Virus record (IMG/VR): IMGVR_UViG_3300005613_000071
Span: 1-60,342 of that record
Source: a virus
Taxonomy: Duplodnaviria > Caudoviricetes
Reading direction: 5' to 3' (one strand)
Length of the DNA stretch: 60,342 nucleotides
The translations under genes were made by a program, and so were the position numbers. Position 1 is the stretch's first letter. The number at the start of each line of letters is the position of its first letter. A model generated the notes under the pieces. The model ran no database searches, was not told where the DNA came from, and saw nothing but the letters and a program-made list of their open reading frames with translations. Of the stretch, positions 58,527 to 60,342 are shown piece after piece.

Positions 58527-58608
58527 GAGGGGGCAGAGCAAATAACTCATGTCGGGTAAATACCATAGCTCTTACGGCTGAAACGTCAGTCCGCCCCCTC
58601 ACTTTTTT
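58527..58608 (+). ncRNA. Multi-stem structured element followed by T6 tract
   Basis: Closing stem GAGGGGGC/GCCCCCTC; inner stems AGAGC/GCTCT, GGTA/TACC, GGCTGA/TCAGTC. Confidence 0.5.
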
Positions 58609-58609
58609 C

Positions 58610-58690
58610 AAGGGAGCGCAGTCGGTGCGTACATCAAGGTGTTACACGACACCAAGGATGGCAGTTGTGTTCGAATCCCAACCTCCCTTC
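58610..58690 (+). ncRNA. tRNA-like element
   Basis: Acceptor-like AAGGGAG/CTCCCTT; CGCA/TGCG; GGTGT/ACACC; T-loop TTCGAAT in GTTGTG/CCCAAC. Confidence 0.6.
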
Positions 58691-58693
58691 TAT

Positions 58694-58748
58694 GTGTGAG
58701 TGTATATACACCTTCTGAGTTTACGAAGAAGGTGATATACACGAACAC
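58694..58748 (+). repeat. GA-mismatch hairpin element, copy 3
   Basis: GTGT-GA-GTGTATAT-A-CACCTTCT-GAGTTTACGA-AGAAGGTG-ATATACAC-GA-ACAC. Confidence 0.85.
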
Positions 58749-58782
58749 TTCAAATCATTTTCAAACTTCAAATCAATTCAGC

Positions 58783-59370
58783 ATGAAACAATATGCAGTA
58801 ATCCACGCTGTCGCAGGACTCTTCGAAGGGTACTCCGACACCACTTGCGAGTTCTTCCCCAAGCGGGGATTCGCAGAGAAGCACATCAACCAAATCCTGT
58901 CTGACTACGCAAACGATGATATGTGTGTGGACGTCAGCGGAGGGTTTGACGATGGCATTTACGCCACCATGACCCGTGACTACGAGGACTATGCGGCTTG
59001 CGTACCATCTGATATGTCGCATGACGATTGGGTTGCAGAGAATGGCGACGACGTTAGTGTCGAGGTGTTCCGCATCATCGAGGTTGATATGTCCAACCGC
59101 TCCGACTCCACCGAGTCATGTTGGTTGACGTGGGACCAACAGGATACTACCCAAGCATGGGACTACTTCCCCTTGTGTATGTCCTTGGTGGCTCGTGTCT
59201 CCTCTGATGTCATGGACAACGACCAATCGGTTCACGGCCTCGAACAACTGACGGACTTCATCTCCTCGGTATACTACGGCAGTCACGCTCTCATCGACAT
59301 CGACGACTATGTGATGCACGCTTTCCGTATCCCCAAACCAAAGAACAATGACGAAGAAACAACTGCTTGA
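58783..59370 (+). CDS. Acidic early hypothetical protein
   Basis: MKQYAVIHAV... after TCAAACTTCAAA leader; C-terminus duplicated at window start. Confidence 0.75.
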   Translation: MKQYAVIHAVAGLFEGYSDTTCEFFPKRGFAEKHINQILSDYANDDMCVDVSGGFDDGIYATMTRDYEDYAACVPSDMSHDDWVAENGDDVSVEVFRIIEVDMSNRSDSTESCWLTWDQQDTTQAWDYFPLCMSLVARVSSDVMDNDQSVHGLEQLTDFISSVYYGSHALIDIDDYVMHAFRIPKPKNNDEETTA

Positions 59371-59575
59371 CCTCATCGCACAATACCCTGACGATGCAGA
59401 GGTGGTAATCGAGGTGCATGACACCACGCTACACGAAGACCTGTACGACTTCACGTTAGACCCCATCTCGTGGGCTCGATTTGACAACACCACAGACAAT
59501 CCAATGGATTCCTTTGACTACAAAACCATGCACGAGCTACGGCTCTGCCCAATCAAGAACACAATAATCGAATAA
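59348..59575 (+). CDS. Small early protein (homolog of 263..454)
   Basis: MTKKQLLD...HDTTLHEDLYDF. Confidence 0.7.
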   Translation: MTKKQLLDLIAQYPDDAEVVIEVHDTTLHEDLYDFTLDPISWARFDNTTDNPMDSFDYKTMHELRLCPIKNTIIE

Positions 59576-59576
59576 G

Positions 59577-59732
59577 ATGCACATCAATGACTTCATGGCC
59601 ATCTGTGAGCAAGCCACAATCGATCCCGTGCTCGCATCTGAAGACGATGGTGTCAAGACCATCCTCAAGACGCCAACATCAGACGACAACCAACGAGCAA
59701 TGCTCATCAACTACTTCAACAAAAATTTCTAA
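59577..59732 (+). CDS. Small early protein (51 aa, MHINDFMAICEQ...)
   Basis: Read manually; fills the gap exactly between neighbours. Confidence 0.6.
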   Translation: MHINDFMAICEQATIDPVLASEDDGVKTILKTPTSDDNQRAMLINYFNKNF

Positions 59733-59734
59733 TC

Positions 59735-60307
59735 ATGAACTCAGTACAAGAATCCAAGAACGAGCTCGAAGCGGCTATCCGCTACGCAGAGAACGCTATC
59801 TCATCTGCACAGGGTACTATCGAGTCGATGGAGTTCCGCCAAGAGATGGCGAAGAAGAACTACCAAGAGCAGACAGGACGTGAGCAAGCCCTCGAAGCTC
59901 AGGTTGAACAACTCAAGGCCGAGCTTGATAAGCTCCGCAAGGAGAAAGAATCATCAAGCGGACCATGCGGATGCCAAGCATACCGCGACCTCGAAGAGCG
60001 AGCTACTATGCCCGTCATCCCTCGTGACGTAGCCATCGCCATCTTCCGTGAGGGTGTGCAGTCAGGCGTCAATGATGCTGTTGCTGAACTCGAAGGGCAG
60101 ACCATCAACATCTGCGAGAACGAATACTGCGGTGACTTCGAGGTGACATTCGCACGAGACATTCACCTCGATGATGAGCTTGACCTCGACTGGATGCGCG
60201 GCAAGGTTGGGCAGTACGAAGAGTCCTTCGTGGTAGATGCACTCAAGGGATTGTGTGCAAGCAAGGAGTTCGAGTGCCGCATCCACGGAATCGACGACAA
60301 TGACTAA
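59735..60307 (+). CDS. Coiled-coil early protein (short allele of 1384..2100)
   Basis: Near-identical translation lacking ~43 internal residues. Confidence 0.8.
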   Translation: MNSVQESKNELEAAIRYAENAISSAQGTIESMEFRQEMAKKNYQEQTGREQALEAQVEQLKAELDKLRKEKESSSGPCGCQAYRDLEERATMPVIPRDVAIAIFREGVQSGVNDAVAELEGQTINICENEYCGDFEVTFARDIHLDDELDLDWMRGKVGQYEESFVVDALKGLCASKEFECRIHGIDDND

Positions 60308-60342
60308 TCAAGTGAACGTAAAGCCTGAGGTAATCATCCGTA

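Larger units (their letters stand above)
59098..60303. repeat. Diverged copy of the window start (1..~2090), perfect only over 59098..59220
   Basis: Homologous blocks 1-~370 vs 59098-~59455 and 1378-~2080 vs 59729-~60300, with different genes in between. Confidence 0.85.

Noticed and set aside
58570-58600. Third hammerhead at GGCTGAAACGTCAGTC
   Set aside because: Lacks the CUGANGA-stem II-GAAA arrangement; it is only a hairpin arm
56702-58748. Hairpin repeats as a CRISPR array
   Set aside because: Only three copies, 850-1150 bp apart and separated by ORFs; no cas genes
1-60342. Stop-codon reassignment as in some crAss-like phages
   Set aside because: Terminase, portal, capsid, RNR and the giant gene are all uninterrupted in the standard code; no suppressor tRNA seen

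Overview
The window is an essentially complete (~59 kb) genome of a lytic tailed phage with a crAss-like (podovirus-type) virion module. Many TAnnTTTG (-7) promoters, two T9SS-type cargo genes and a class Id RNR point to a Bacteroidota (probably Flavobacteriia) host. The + strand carries early small ORFs (55.9-60.3 kb and 0-3 kb) and a recombination/replication block (Sak/Rad52-like annealase, PD-(D/E)xK nuclease, SSB-like protein, primase-helicase, endonuclease, nrdB-nrdA). No DNA or RNA polymerase and no integrase were recognised. The - strand carries terminase, portal, tail fibres, capsid, ring/muzzle proteins, three ejection/cargo proteins (one of 2975 aa) and lysis genes. The last 1.2 kb is a diverged copy of the first 2.1 kb. 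The most striking signal is the early operon, whose intergenic spacers hold two covarying type I hammerhead ribozymes, three copies of a long hairpin with tandem GA mismatches, a tRNA-like element and a recurrent TCAAACTTCAA leader; this suggests a modular RNA-processing system. Also notable: two homing endonucleases that appear to carry replacements for the sequences they disrupted, a D-armless tRNA-like RNA, promoters placed to give leaderless mRNAs, and a tandem array of constant-end/variable-middle genes. All calls are by eye; no database searches were run.
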